In this document: positions 22,890 to 37,169 of the stretch, in pieces
Layout of the letters: each line of letters begins with the position of its first letter
Position numbering within the stretch: position 1 is the first letter of the stretch
From: Octopus vulgaris
Lineage: Eukaryota
Direction of reading: 5' to 3'
DNA length: 64,000 bases
Assembly: GCA_951406725.2 (NCBI GenBank)
Contig: OX597815.1
Location: 19,034,001 to 19,098,000 of the forward strand
Position numbers and translations under genes: made by a program
The notes under the pieces: generated by a model
What the model was told of the DNA's origin: nothing
The model's database searches: none
The model's input: only the letters and a program-made list of their open reading frames with translations

Positions 22890-23640
22890 CTAGCATCATA
22901 TTGACAGTGCCTGTACAAGTACGTAGTGGGCCACACATCAGAGGTCAAAGTGATCGCAGAGCAACAGGAGACGAAGTAATTTGTTCGTGGTCTCCCCACA
23001 GGAAGCAATTCATTATGAAAGTGGAAGCACTCCAGAGGTCAAGAACAAGAAAGACAGACGGCATAACAGGCACTGACTATTGGGTTGGACTAAAAAAAGA
23101 TACAATCTCTACTCTCTCCAACTTCACCGTGAGCGCTACATCATTTGTGTGATGTAAAAGATATTCCATCAATATCGCACAAATGATGTTGGCATCAATT
23201 TAAAAATCCATCCAAGACTTGGCCCCTGTGCTATCCGCCCACTACAAAATTCGAACTCAAGACGCATAGCATTACGACACAACTAATTTTCCTCAACCAG
23301 TCCAGTTCTCTTTATACATCAAACACATCAAAATGGAAAGTGATCCCATAAAATTCAATGGTTTTCTAGACAAAATCTCCATAAAATCCCGGACCGACCT
23401 CCTACACTCGGATATGTCTCCAACAATAATAACTCTTTGTCAGAGTGGGCAACAGTGTCCCATACACGACTGAGGTGTGAATCACGATCTAAAAGACTTC
23501 ACCAGGTGCTGCTATTAAGTTAGACATGGGCTGGTCCTATACTGGCCGAGACCTATCTAAGTTATTACCAACCACTCTGGGATTTGAAACCTCGTGATCG
23601 GGAGTGCAACATCCTAACCACTAGGTCATCCGTCTTTAAT
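22890..23640 (-). mobile_element. tRNA-derived SINE split by a CR1 insertion (body ~22890-22985, head ~23570-23640)
   Basis: gatcgcagagcaacaggagacgaagt body on the left; head reverse complement gacctagtggttaggatgttgcactccc...ggtttcaaatccc on the right. Confidence 0.5.
22986..23565 (+). mobile_element. CR1-like LINE 3' fragment
   Basis: WSPHRKQFIMKVEALQRSRTRKTDGITGTDYW..LYSLQLHRERYII matches the CR1 WSP...LExVQR...YxxRL..LxSLxxRRER motif; ends near a ctatctaagt tail. Confidence 0.8.
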
Positions 23641-23693
23641 GTTTGTATATTCACAGATATACATATATAATATTTGTGTTTGTATGTGGGTTA

Positions 23694-23950
23694 TGGAGCT
23701 GCGTCGTCATGTGGTTAGGGTATTGCACTCTCGATTACGACATCGAGGTTTCGAATCCTGGACAGGTTGATGCGTTGTGTTCTTAAGCAAAACACTTGTC
23801 ATGTTGTTCAACCGACGTCGATAGATGGAGGGAGTGAGTTATTGTTCACCATAAACATTTGATCACTATAAACCAATCATTTTTGCAGCTTGTTCGATAA
23901 GAAATTACAGAACCATCTTTCTCGAGCTACGAGAAATTACCATCATCACC
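23694..23950 (+). mobile_element. tRNA-derived SINE (related to the split SINE at 22890-23640)
   Basis: gtggttagggtattgcactc...ggtttcgaatcctgg...gcgttgtgttcttaagcaaaacact. Confidence 0.6.
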
Positions 23951-23993
23951 ATATATAATTATATGCAACAAGAGTTAAACAATAAATTGGAGA

Positions 23994-25100
23994 TCACTCA
24001 GAACCCCTCAGTAAAGTCTGATATCTTTTTTCTTCTCTGAGTATTAGATTAAAAGCTGCTTCCATATTATACTTATTAGCTTTCGACATGCTGTCATTTG
24101 TATATGTAAATGGCACTGTGCAGTGGCGTCCAGTTCTGCTTTTTGTGCAACTTCCAATATCAAAGTTTGGTACAAGTCCTTCCAGGTCTTTCCAGATGTA
24201 TATCACTGCATGTCTCTCTCGCCTTTGTTACCGGACTGACTTTGATTCAGGATAGCAATCTTTCTTATAATAGTGTATCTTGTCTGCATTTTATTCAGCT
24301 TAGTGGGCTGGCAGCGCTGAACGTGGAGTTTTCCAGCATTGCATCAACATGTTATCGTCCTCAGCCCACCAGTTTCCGTTGAGGTAGACTCAATTCGCCA
24401 CCACTGTCTGACTTCTATCTTTTAGAAAGTCGTGTAGCCAGTCTCCAAGTTTTCCGACTATGCCACACACCTTGTGACGTATCATACCATGGTCGAATTT
24501 ATTAGAGGTTTGTGCAAAGTCGATATATATCTCGCCCACATTCGAGTTGTTGAGCACCTGTAAGAGTTGTGTCAGGCAGCTTCTACCTGGCCGAAAACTA
24601 TCCTTGATGTGTGTTAGCAGGTGATTCTCTTCAAGAAACCCAGTTATTTTCCTGCAGATTATTTGTTTCCTGATTTTGCTGATGCATGATACCAGAAAGT
24701 TTTTAGTATTTGTTCTGTTGCCTCCTTTATGGATAGGGCATAGTATTCGCTCCTTCAAATTGCCTGGGAGTTTTCCACTTGAAAGGAAGTGCTGAAAAAA
24801 AAAAGCTGCAATGATTTTGCAAGGGTTCAATAGCATGATTTGACAGTTTGCGTCTACTTCATCTTATGGCCAGCATTCAATCCTCTTTAATGTCGATAAT
24901 AATGAATTATCATCGCCTCCTTGATTACAGGTAAAGTGGCAAAGAACTCCGTTGGTTTGTTCAATTACCTGTCTCCTAAATGAGTAGTGAAAACACGTTA
25001 GAACTGTTCGTTTCCTCTGAAAGAGATCTCTTTGTAGCATATTAAGGCCATTCCTTTGGTAAAGTTAAAGAAAGCTTTATGTCTTCACTTAATATCGTAT
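23994..25100 (-). pseudogene. Degraded CR1-like LINE reverse transcriptase fragment
   Basis: GKLPGNLKERILCPIHKGGNR...SCISK...FRPGRSCLTQLL...IYIDFAQTSNKFDHG...GIVGKLGDWLHDFLKDRSQTVVAN (RT motifs PIHKxG, GFRxGRSCLTQL, YLDFxKAFD); downstream IYIWKDLEGLVPN...RTGRHC. Confidence 0.9.
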
Positions 25101-25185
25101 ACATACCTACATACATGCATACATACATAAACAATTCATACATACATACATAAACAATACATACATACATAAATACATACATATA

Positions 25186-25219
<34 letters not shown>

Positions 25220-25301
25220 CATACATAGATACATGCATACAAACATACATACATACGTACGTACATACATACATACATACATGCATACATACATACATAC
25301 A

Positions 25302-25332
<31 letters not shown>
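25098..25332. repeat. (TACA)n microsatellite
   Basis: Directly visible. Confidence 0.95.
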
Positions 25333-26159
25333 GTCCGCTTTCTGTGATTGAAATGGAGATAACCACTCCGGAATGCTTGCATCTCACAGTCTGGGGAGAT
25401 GGTACTTCGAGCTGATGTTCGTGTATTTACATCGTTTGTCAACAGCGAGAAATTGTCTCCATGACAAAACACAGTAATTGCCTTTCTTATGGGTGCGAAT
25501 GTGCCACACCCACTTAAGTATATATACATATAATATGTAAATACTAACATATTTCATTAGCTTTATAATTTATCTGTTTATGATTTGATACAATATAATT
25601 AATTCGTCACAAGTTCATAAAAAAAACCATCATAAAATTCAATTACACGTAATACTCTATGACATGAAAATCTTTGCTCATATCACCTAAATGAATTAAA
25701 ATCTGACATTTGTACTCACTTGTCATAAGTATTGTAACATGGTAGTTACTGCTACATTCAAATGAAGAGAACGAAATTTAATTATGTTTTCGTAGTGTAC
25801 ATCTTGTTACAAATTCACTTGATTAATCACATTGACAATGTAATTGCTTCAATATTAGGTCAACAACAAATATTGGTATGGAAATTCATCGCGAACTTCT
25901 ACGAATTTTTTCTAATCAATGCAATGCTAATTACTCCTACATAAAGTAAAAAAAAGAAATATAAACCCTACTAAAACATCTGGTTAATTAGATTAATGCG
26001 CATAACTATTGTTTTTTTATTTAATTTGAGTAACAAACTAAGCTTTTGACGTAGGCTAAAATAAAAATAAAATGTGAAGTGTACGTAAGTATGCTTATGT
26101 GTGTGTCTATATATACATACATATACATACATACATATATATATATATATATGCATATC

Positions 26160-26201
<42 letters not shown>

Positions 26202-26346
26202 AATGGTTGGACGTATACATAAGTACATTATATATATATTTGTGAGCCTAATTGTATGTAACTGTGGCATATACTCTTGATTCTTGAATTTTCTTATAAG
26301 TAAAATATTTTCAAAATATACTATGTATATACGCGCACACTCACAC

Positions 26347-26394
<48 letters not shown>

Positions 26395-26398
<4 letters not shown>

Positions 26399-26817
26399 TC
26401 CAATTAAAATCCAGAAAATTGAGTAACTTTAATATAATTTATTAACTGCAAAAGTTGAACGCGTTCCCTTACAGCTGTTTCGATTGTGCCCAAATGAATT
26501 CAATTCCAGTAATTAAAACATTTTGGGGGCAAAATTTCGTCAGCGGAGTGAAAAAAGTAAAAAAGATATATCGTTAAGTTATTAGCATATTATTCTTCCA
26601 AAATAATTCTTAGGCTATTTGGGAAGAATAAGAACCTAACGATATGTTTTTTTTAAAATTTGTTTACTCCTCTCACGAAATTTTGCCTATGTTTTAATTA
26701 CTGGAATTTAATTCATTGGGTAAAATCGAAACAGCTGTAAGGCAACATGTTGAATTTTTGCAGTTAATAAATTACATTACTGCTACCTCTCCATTTTCTG
26801 GATCTTAATTTGAATAT
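26395..26817. repeat. ~420 bp fold-back palindrome containing cgaaacagctgtaag (Penelope pLTR/hammerhead-tail-like)
   Basis: Left arm atattccaattaaaatccagaaaat...ttacagctgtttcg...ttccagtaattaaaaca...tattcttccaaaata pairs with right arm tatttgggaagaata...tgttttaattactggaa...cgaaacagctgtaa...attttctggatcttaatttgaatat. Confidence 0.85.
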
Positions 26818-27369
26818 TTATAAACCAAGATTTATACTTAAACCTATTACTTTATGAATATTACTATTCACAACAAAATATTTGGTAACAAACCAATAAT
26901 CCATTGGATATTTTCTATCACTTAAGGTGGTTATTTTAACCTCCATTTAAACTGATATATATATTAACGTTATATACAAATTAATTTTATATATTTTCTT
27001 GTACATTTGTATATACATATGTGTGTGTTTGTGTTTGATTGTCACACAATTGTACCTTAGTAGATCGTAGTAAAATCAGAAATAGCAATAACAAATATTC
27101 ACTAAATGTTTTATTGACTTTGAATCCAATGTCTCTTTAAGTTTTAGATTTAAACATCATCTTGTATTGGTGACATATGCAGCCTGCTTACTAATATTTT
27201 CTGCTATACATACGTAAACTTTCATGTATGTATGTATGTATGTATGTATGTATGTATGTATGTATGTATGTATGTATGTATGTGTATGTGTGTGAGTATG
27301 TATATATGCATGTATGTAAGTATTATGTATATGTGTATGTATGTATGCGTGTGATGGAGCCAGTTCATA

Positions 27370-28100
27370 GGCAAACTATGGAAATGAATGAAAAGGAAGG
27401 TCCTTTTCTGGGTATTCTAATAATTAAAGAAAATTAGACAGCAACAACCGATCTTCACAGCAAAGACACAGGGAAACACAAATATTTAGATATTAGGTCT
27501 TGCCAATTTCACACACAAAAAGGAACATACAATTCAATATGGAAAGATATACATGCTCAGTAGAAAGACAGAAATAGACGACAGAAAAAAACTGGTAGAA
27601 TTTAACGTTCCTTCAGAAACAATAATCCCAAAAGCCTAATCACCTAAGCGGAAGAAACCCCAATCTTTACAGAGAAACCTTCACACTCTGGGATAAAAAG
27701 AAAAATAAGTAAATAGATATTCCAGCCATAATCTATGGAAGCACAATGTCCTGTATTCAGCCAATAGATTCCTACCATTTCTTCGAATCTCTGACGAATA
27801 GATAAGCACAAATCATCAATAGCTGACGATCATGAAATCTGAAACGACTCCTATCAAAGTCGAGATTCCCATCAGAGAACGAAATAATTCAGGTAAAAAA
27901 CTGTGGAAACATTTTCTTGTGAGACTTATAAAAAATAATCACACACAGAAAAGATTACAAGAATGGGAAAGGAATATAGTGAATGTAAACATAATCTGCA
28001 TCGGTCCTGCACGAATTTTGAGCACGAACGAGTCATAAGAAATGTCCAATATACATGGTGTAATCATGACGGTAGTCCCTCACGCATTTCTCAAGGAGTA
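27370..28100 (+). pseudogene. Penelope-like retroelement fragment (RT C-terminus toward GIY-YIG)
   Basis: TMEMNEKEGPFLGILIIKEN*TATTDLHSKDTGKHKYLDIRSC resembles PLE FTME...LPFLDI...TDIYxKxTDxxxYLxFxSCHP; later NLKRLL and KCG-like segments. Confidence 0.7.
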
Positions 28101-28208
28101 CGATGATTACAGATAAACGCACACACACACACACACACACTTACGTGTGTGTGTGTGTGTGTATACAGGGTGCGGTCGTCAAAATTACACTAAAATGAAA
28201 AGAACATT

Positions 28209-28412
28209 GACGTAAGAGTGGCTGTGTTGTAAGTAGATTGCTTACCAACCACATCGTTCCGGGTTCAGTCCCACTGCGTGGTACCTTGGGCAAGTGTCTT
28301 CTACTATAGCCTCGGGCCGACCAAAGCCTTGTGAGTGGATTTGGTAGACGGAAACTGAAAGAAGCCCGTCGTATATATATGTGTATATTTATATATATAT
28401 ATATATATATAT

Positions 28413-28477
<65 letters not shown>

Positions 28478-28590
28478 TTGTGTCTGTGTTTGTCCGCCAA
28501 CATCACTTGACAACCAATGCTGGTGTGTTTACGTCCCCGTAACTTAGCAGTTCGGCAAAAGAGACCAATAGAATAAGTACTAAGCTTATG
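28209..28590 (+). mobile_element. SINE family B, near full length
   Basis: gagtggctgtgttgtaagtag...gggttcagtcccactgcgtggtaccttgggcaagtgtcttctactatagcc... Confidence 0.85.
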
Positions 28591-29639
28591 AGAGAGAGAA
28601 AAACGAAAGAGTAAAAAGATCGTATAGAGTGCGCATCAGGATTATTAAGATAAAACCTACTTGGAAGAGGATGCGTGGCGTTATGCATGTATGTATACAT
28701 ATACATGTATATTTGTGTGTGTGTGTGTGTGTGTGAGTGTTATGTTCAACGAGTTTATCAGTAGTATCATCAGGAGGACGACCTTACACTGTAAAGAATA
28801 TCGTGATAACCTCATAAACCTTCTTTCTTTCTTCCCTTCTTTCTTTCTTTCTTTCTCTCTTTATTTATTTCTTTCGTACTCTCCTTCTCTTAAATTTGAG
28901 TCACTATCTGAAAACATTGTGGTCCTGAATCGCATTAGGGTAGGGAATATTGAAGAACGTATATGTGTCTGATGTACGACCTAAGTACATCAGATACACA
29001 CTGTTTTATGATTTTTCATGTATATAATGTTGACCAAGAAGATGTTGCTAATAATATCTCACTCCTCCTAATATCAACATTAATACAGTAACCATGGGAT
29101 CCGAACTAACCTTATTGAAAAAAAAAATACAACAAAAAATAAAAAAAATGATCTCGCTGTAATTATATTGAACATGCTTTCATGAATATGAATAATTAAG
29201 AATCAAAGTATTGTGTATAATATTTATATAAGATAGATTCATTGAAATATATTTCGCTCTGTAGATCCTGTTAAAAATAAATCAATATGTGAAAATGTTT
29301 ACGTTGATAGAACTGGCCATATGTTGTTTGCGCCGATCAACAGCTGTCATAACTAGTCTCCGAGATGTCTGTACAGTAGAGAAAATGATGCACCTTAAGT
29401 GTTCAACGAAATTACGCTTGGCAACATTTCATAGACTAAGAACCATTTTCCAAGGAATATTATGAAGACGGCTATCCCCATATTTTAATTATTTTCATCC
29501 AGATTTTACACAAATCAATTATTTGTGCCAAATTTAATATTCCTGTCAAGATTTGTTCCATCATTTTGTTGCTATATAGTTTTCTAAATTTGTATGCGTA
29601 TGTAACAACACTCATTTTTCTTATTATACGATCTTGAAT

Positions 29640-29694
<55 letters not shown>

Positions 29695-29780
29695 CTGCTT
29701 CTGTACTGTATGTAGGTATGCATGCATTGATGTATATATGTATGCATGCATAGTTATGATCATGTGTGTGCGCGTGAGAG

Positions 29781-29858
29781 AGAGAAAGAAGGGTGGGGAG
29801 AGAACAAAAATTATCTAGAAAGAAGGGTGGAGAGAGAACAAAAATTATCTAGAAAGAA
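29781..29858. repeat. ~34-bp tandem duplication
   Basis: agaaagaagggtgg(g/a)gagagaacaaaaattatct x2. Confidence 0.8.
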
Positions 29859-30003
29859 GAACTATGTGGGGCCAGATTTATGAATTCGGAAGGTAACCAT
29901 ATAATAAAGATATACTAAATGATATAAAATATTAATTTGTGATTCATAAAGCAAGTTTCCATTCGAGAGGCAATAAACCAGTGCTTAGTGTCGAACTAAT
30001 CGA

Positions 30004-30123
30004 CTAGTACTTATTATCGGTCTCTTTTGCCGAACCGCTAAGTTACGGGGACGTAAACACACCAGCATCGGTTGTCAAGCGATGTTGGGGGGACAAACAC
30101 AGACACACAAACATATATATATT

Positions 30124-30155
<32 letters not shown>

Positions 30156-30333
30156 TATTATACATATATATTATACATACATATATACGACGGGCTTCTT
30201 TCAGTTTCCGTCCACCAAATCCGCTCATAAGGCTTTAGTCGGCCCGAAGCTATAGTAGAAGACACTTGCCCAAGGTGCCACCATGTGGTTCGTAAGCAAA
30301 GCAAGCTACTTATCACACAGCCACTCCTACGCC
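30004..30333 (-). mobile_element. SINE family B
   Basis: Reverse complement of the 28209-28590 pattern. Confidence 0.85.
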
Positions 30334-31904
30334 TGTCATTATGGAAAAATCTATGTTCTTTTTCTGTAACATGAGGACAGCTATGGTCATGTGCCTCCAG
30401 CATAATCGACACTACAGCTTTCCTGCGTTGATTCCGGTTAATATAAGGGTTAAGTGTATACAAAACTTACAAGAAACCTGAAGACAGATTAATTTTCATG
30501 GAACAGAAATAATTCAGTGTAGCCAGTGGCATCAATTTCGACGATATAATCATAACGAAATATGTGTATGTTTGTATGTATGTGTGTATGTTACGTGTGA
30601 GTTTCGTATGTTACGAGAGAGAGGGAGAAAAATAGTGTGTGGGTGTGTGAGTGCGTGTGTATGCATGTATATATATATACATATTGATACATAATGTATA
30701 TATGTATACATATCTATATATGTATACATATCTATATATGTACGCGTATATGTATGCCTGTGTGTAGGTGTACAGCGTTATGGTTTTCTATATTTATACC
30801 GCCAGTGAATTCCCCATGATTATTGAATAACACGTCGTAATTTTTATACCTAAAGTTTGCATCATTACACGCCTTTGTATGAAGGAATTCGAGTGCTCAG
30901 TAAACAGACATTCTCATTAATGTTAATGACGTATTGACTGCACAGGCGTTTGTGTGTGTTTTTAAGCTATTTAATATACTTACGTGTGATGTTGAAGATA
31001 ACAGAGCAAACATAAGTAAATTATCTTATGTTGGGTGTTGTATTTATGTTTTTAGGTTTAGATTTTTGTGAACGGCAATTAAATATCATTCGTGTGGAGA
31101 TACTGGCTATATACGTAATTATGAAAAAAAAATTCGTGTTTCAGATAAAAGAATTTAGATTTAATATCATTCAGCGTTTCCACAAGTTTTCAGTAATCGA
31201 TCAGTAATGTCATTACAGCTTCCCTGTAATCAATTAGTACTGTCATTAAATCATGCCCGGTATTAGGGACCATAAAATGTAAAAAAAAAAAAAAAATGGT
31301 ATAAAAGCTTTCCATTTTGTTTTTGTTTATTTTTTTTTAATTTTTTTTTTTTTACTGTGATCAACCTTTATATCATTAACATTGTCGATCGTATTTATAT
31401 AGAGGTTACTTTTTTTTTTTTAATAATAACACAATGGTATTCGGAAATGTCTACAAATCGAATAGACTATAGAGATGTTGGTGTAAAGGTTGGTTTTAAG
31501 GTTCAAAAGAAAATAATTCAGACGCAATCTCATGCATTTAATTGAAGAGAATTCAGTTGAACTAATTTGAGGACTACACTTTAATCTAAACTGCTGATAA
31601 CAGACGATAACTTTTACTTATGTTTTTAAAGTTTGGAATCGTGAATTAGACTGGCAGATGAAAATATTCAAAAATTACAAATTTTTTAACTTTGCATATG
31701 TAATATAGTGATTTCAGTGTACTTTTCAAAGAGGGCGACCGACCTGCAAGGTATTTGCTACAATATACTGTATCTAATTCAACTGTTCGCCCGATAAAAG
31801 TTTCCTATTTGACATTGAAAGTTCATAACATTTACAATGAAGAATAATAAAAAGTTTTCGATAACACACACACACAGATATATGTACATTTTATATGGGT
31901 TTGA

Positions 31905-32246
31905 AATTTGGACAAAAGGCCAGAATAGTTCAGGGGACGAAGTTAGTCAATTACATTGATCCCAGTGTTGCTCAACTGGTACTTATTTTATCGACCTCGA
32001 AAAGATGAAAGTCGGACGAAATGCTAATTTCTTTACTACCCACATAGAGAGGACAAACAAGGACAGACAAACGGATTAAGTCGATTATATCGACCCCAGT
32101 GCGTAAATGGTACTTATTTAATCGACCCCGAAAGGATGAAAGGCAAAGTCGACCCTGGCGGCATTTGAACTCAGAACGTAAATTCGGACGAAATGCCTCT
32201 AAGCATTTTATCTAGTGTGCAAACAATTCTGCCCGCTTGCCGCCTT
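31905..32246 (-). mobile_element. Dimeric SINE family A (partly deleted)
   Basis: Two atcgacc(c/t)cgaaa.gatgaaag blocks with junction gacgaaatgctaatttctttactacccaca. Confidence 0.8.
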
Positions 32247-34764
32247 TGTGTTATTTCTATATTAATTGGAAATTCTTGTATATTTCAATCTACTAATCTA
32301 ATTCTTATGCAAATTTTTCTTTAGAATTATGATTTCATATGAATATAATGTATTTCAGGTCTGTAATTTCTTGGCATTGAAGTGTCCCTTAATGATCTTG
32401 TATACTCTGAAGGTACGTTCTAAGAAATGCACAGTAATAGGTTTTTGGTTTTAGGTTAGCATTACCAGAATATAGTGATGATTGTAGTTTGGTCAAAATA
32501 CGGAAGGACATTAATTTGAAGTTTAGCATTACAATATCAATAACAACTTAAAAGAAATATTGTCACTAATTTAAAAACCGTTGTAGTACCTTAAAACCCA
32601 AGTAGTAATTTTTGTTTAATAATTAAGTTATTTAAAACTTTCCCAAAAAATTATTTTAGTAGAATATTCTGATATTAACCTAGAATATTCAGCTGCTTCC
32701 CTCAATAGTTCTCAATAACCTTATCGAAAACTTTACCAGAAGGGTTTTCAACCATCCCTTCCTTAAAACTATACACCATAAGTTAATCTCGTCCGAAAAA
32801 AAACTCTTTACATGCAAATGGATTCAAAGAGAACAATTTTATATTCAACTAACTTGCACCTCCTGATATGAAATAGAGGGTGTGATATATGATTCATACA
32901 TCCTTTTTTCTTCACTATTAAATTTGATACAGTAGTGATATTTTTAACGTTAATAGACAAACGCTTGTCGGCTGCAAATATAGTAACAATTTTAATAAAC
33001 ACTGAAAATAATCTACAGACGTACCCAGAACATTAAGTCTATAATATCATATCTACTCACAAAACTTATGTAGATAGACAAATAAATTCCCATTTAATTA
33101 ATTATGAAGCTCAGAAGCCATTGTTTACGAGACAACAATCACCTCTACAGAAAGTCCATCGTGATGTCCGGGGTCATCTTCATAAAACTTATCCTGGCAT
33201 CACACATAATTGTAACATATACATAACGGAAGGGAAATTTAAACGAAAATTTGTAATCATACGATCATCATTACTCATACAGTAGGAAAACAATATAAAT
33301 AAAATGTGGCATCTGAAAAAAAGAAACAAACAAACAAACATCGGACTGCTATATTAATTACAAAAGCACTGAAAGTTCTAAGCATATACCAAAAAAGTGG
33401 AAGCAAAGAATATGACCCGTGAGTAGCACAGAAAAGGGAAAATACTCAAAAATGAACGTTCATACTCAACGGTTATATATCGACTCCAGTTCAAAAATAT
33501 TTGAGAATTATTAACATTATAAAGGAGCACTTGTTTCTTTTCTTTACCATGTTACTTTTAATATCTGTGCTCCCTTCTCCTATGTCTATTATGTGCAGCC
33601 TCCTTATCGGGGTTGCATTGAACCTCTTAATTCCACGTAACATATTTGTCCTTCAACTTTGTCGCCAAAATTGAAGGAGTGAATAATATCTAACATCTAA
33701 GAGTTATCCACCCGAACGAAATTATTTTTGAAAAGATGTATTCAAAATATTTTGCCAGTCTCAACTTATTCCGAGGTACAGACCTGATTGAGCACCAATG
33801 AAAAAAATTTGAGCAGCACTGTAAGAGTTTCTGCTTTATAAATTTAGGTAGGAAAAGGTTATATAGGGCATTGTAGATTTTTTTTTATTGTATATTATTT
33901 TTTTTTAATCAATCACATAAAGGCTTTCATATAATTAATGCCATCCCTATATTGAAAATGCCTTGCTCTTCGTAAACAAAATTTTACAAGTTTTGGAATA
34001 AGCCGTGTGTGCTGAATAATGCATTGACTTAATTTTTAGGCTGTGATTTAGCGACCTTTGAAACAGATTACAAAATTATTCCTGCTGCATTTCTCCTACA
34101 TCCTTTCTGATCACCAACGCTTTTTATTAATCAAATTTCCTTTATCAAAATCCGAAACTTTTCAGCAGTGGCAATGCCTCCCCATATTTGTTTGAATCGT
34201 TGGAAAGTACAGTTATATGATATCCATTTTTATATGGAAATTCGACGCTATAGCTGATGTTCACTACTATGATACCTTCTTCGCAGGTTTAGTCTATCAG
34301 AGCTAACCTATAATTAAACAACAGAAGAATGAACAAAAAGAACAAAACTCAACTTTGTTTGAATAAAATATTGACTGAAAACCCGCTTACCCCAGTAGAA
34401 TCAATAACTGGCAACGAGTGAAATTTCTCTATTACTATGCACTCGTGGACATGCTATAAGTATTATCATTACAGTTAACATCAATTAAAATTTGAACCCT
34501 TTCAACGGATCCGTTATCAAGTATAAGTATCATTAGAAAATCTAGGAAAAGAAGAAATAAATGCAAATGTTTACTATGCCACTAGTCTTAGTAGTCTCAG
34601 ACGCACGATAAAAGAGATTTTCAAAATGGATAATAAGTATTCAAGTTGACGCAGGTCAAACAGCGTAGTGATCTACTACGCTTCACGATGGACATAGAAA
34701 GCACTGACTTTTTCCAATTCCCAGCGTCTTTGGCGTCAGCAACATGAAATCAGCGAAATCAGCG

Positions 34765-35340
34765 TAAATGGTGCATTCCAGAAGGTTTCATAGATTTTGA
34801 GGAGAAACATTTCATTTCAAAACAGTACAGAAACTCTAGCTCCTTCAAAGTAGGAAACTCTGACCTCAGTACACTTATTATAGCATTCTAACCCATCGTG
34901 AAGGCCCAGTGGAAGTCCAGGACACTTATGACAGCCTCGTTCATCTTTACTTCTATATTGGAGAACAACCAAAACTCATTGGGTGTAAGGTCTGTGATAT
35001 CGGAAAAAATGACGGATAGATTAATGCCCATCTCTGTCAAGTAGTTGGGTGCCAGGATTGAATTGAGCACCAGTGCATTGTCCTCGTACATGGGGCCACC
35101 GTCCCGAGAAGAAGAGCTCTAACTTCTTGCGACGAAATCTCTTCCTGAACTCCCTCAAAACCTCCACAAAGTACTATTTGTTGACACTCTGACCAGAGGA
35201 AACTCAGTGGATTAATATATTGCCCTTGCTGTCGAAAAAGGGAAACATCCTGAGCTTCCCGGTGGACTTGTATTGTCTGACCTCTTCTGCCCATGAAACA
35301 CAGATGCTCAGGTCATATAAATCAACATATAAACAGTCTG
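34765..35340 (-). pseudogene. Mariner transposase C-terminal (catalytic) remnant with degenerate right TIR
   Basis: Frameshifted KSTGKLRMFPFFDSKG...SGQSVNK.YFVEVLREFRKRFRRKK...EDNALVLNSILAPNYLTEMGI...DLTPNEFWLF...YNKCTEVRVSYFEG, matching HQDNAP and PDLAPCDFWLF motifs. Confidence 0.85.
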
Positions 35341-36838
35341 GAGTATTTCGCAAGTTTCTGTAGAGATTTTACCCAGTTTAACACAAATTATTTATTGCCT
35401 AATGAGCTTTCAAATAGTTTTCATACTGCGACTGCATTCTGAAAGCTGATCAGCTGGGACAAGCAGTGATTCAGAGAATGTATTCAAAGAAATGTTTCAA
35501 CCGTCTCCTTCAATCTGGAATTACAAAAATACTCTGGGATAGTTACAAGTGCCTCTCCCCATAAAAACTCTGGAATACTTCTCGTACACGTACATCCATA
35601 TATACGCATTTACATATGCATACACAAACATGTTTGTGTGTACATACATATATGCATATATATGTGTGTGCATACATACATAAATTTACATATACATACA
35701 TACATACATACATACATACATACATAAATACAGACATACATACACACACATTCAGAGAGAGAGAGGCAGAATGGAAATAGCTTTGCTAAAATGTTCTTTC
35801 CAGTTCCTAATCATTAAGGCTATATATGTGTGTAACATGTTTTGAAACTTAGTTTCTTTTTTTTTATTTTTATTTATGGCTTAGAGTAAGAAATATAGCA
35901 AAATGCTTCAGGACCCAGTTGTAAAATGTTTAGAATAATATTAATTTAATTGAAAATTTACGCTTATGACTCATCTACACTGCTGAATTGGAAAATCGAA
36001 TTCCTTTAAAGTCAACAATGCATTGAAAGCAAAAATTCTTCCTTACAGTTTGCAAACATGCAGACGCTCACTGCTTTTCTGATACACTAGCACTGTAAAA
36101 TATATATCATACATGTAAACTCACAGAAACGTTGGCATTTAGCCAACAGAGCTGTAATAATGCGAGCAAGAAGTTTAAATTAAATTTTATCTTCAACAAA
36201 CACCATCATTCTGGCAATAACAACAACAGCAATAACAAAAATACAGACGGTCTGTACGAGTGTTATTTCTGCTAAGCAATATCCTAGATATTATTGCACT
36301 GTTTATAGTACTGTTTCAGTTGGTGATGGTAGATGGTGTTGATGAGCGAGGTAGCCGTCGTAATCATGTTATTTTTATACTCATTAATTATGACAGAGAT
36401 GATGATGAGGGGAACATGATGGGGGGGGGGGGAAAGGCGATGGTAGTATTGATGGTGTTTGAAGTGGGGGGGGTTGATGCTCAAGTGTATAACGCAGGGA
36501 AAAATCTTGAAAATTGATGTAATATTGTTAATCTATAGTCGAGATTTTGCAATGGACAAATTGATAAAAACACATCGATTAATCAATACTGATGCAATGA
36601 ACCAAGAGAAATTGAATATTTTATTAAAATTTTATATATAACTAAATATCGGCATGTTTGTTTGTATGAGTTTATCGGGTCTAAAAGCTATGCATCGAAA
36701 ACCGAAAGTGTTGAAACTATCCTTAAAATAAATAGTGCATATACACAAATGCAACTCTTACTGCTACTTTAACGAATACCTTACAAAAAGACGTGGTTGC
36801 AGACGCATCATAACTGGGATATAGTCGACTGAATGTTA

Positions 36839-36995
36839 GTGCAGGCGTGGTTATGTAGTTGAAACTTTTAAGTAAGCAAACGCTTGGTGCTGGGTTCAAT
36901 TCTACTGCGTGGTTTTGGGTACTGAACATAGCTTTGGTTTTGCTAATACTTTGTGAGTGAGGTTTTCCTGGTAGAACTTATACAGAAGTACGTCA
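36839..36995 (+). mobile_element. Degraded SINE family B head
   Basis: gcaggcgtggttatgtagtt...gggttcaattctactgcgtgg...tttgtgagtgagg. Confidence 0.55.
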
Positions 36996-37169
36996 TATAT
37001 TTATACACACACACACACACATGTATGTATGTATGTATGTATGTATGCATGCATGTATATATATATATATATATATACAGACATATATATGTATGTATGT
37101 GTATGATATATATATATATATATGTATATATATAATATATATATACACATATGTATATATATATAATAT

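Noticed and set aside
27823-27850. CUGACGA...GAAAC motif
   Set aside because: No proper stem II; it lies within Penelope coding sequence (NLKRLL).
35037-35294. 85-aa ORF as a novel protein
   Set aside because: Alternative frame of the decayed mariner transposase.
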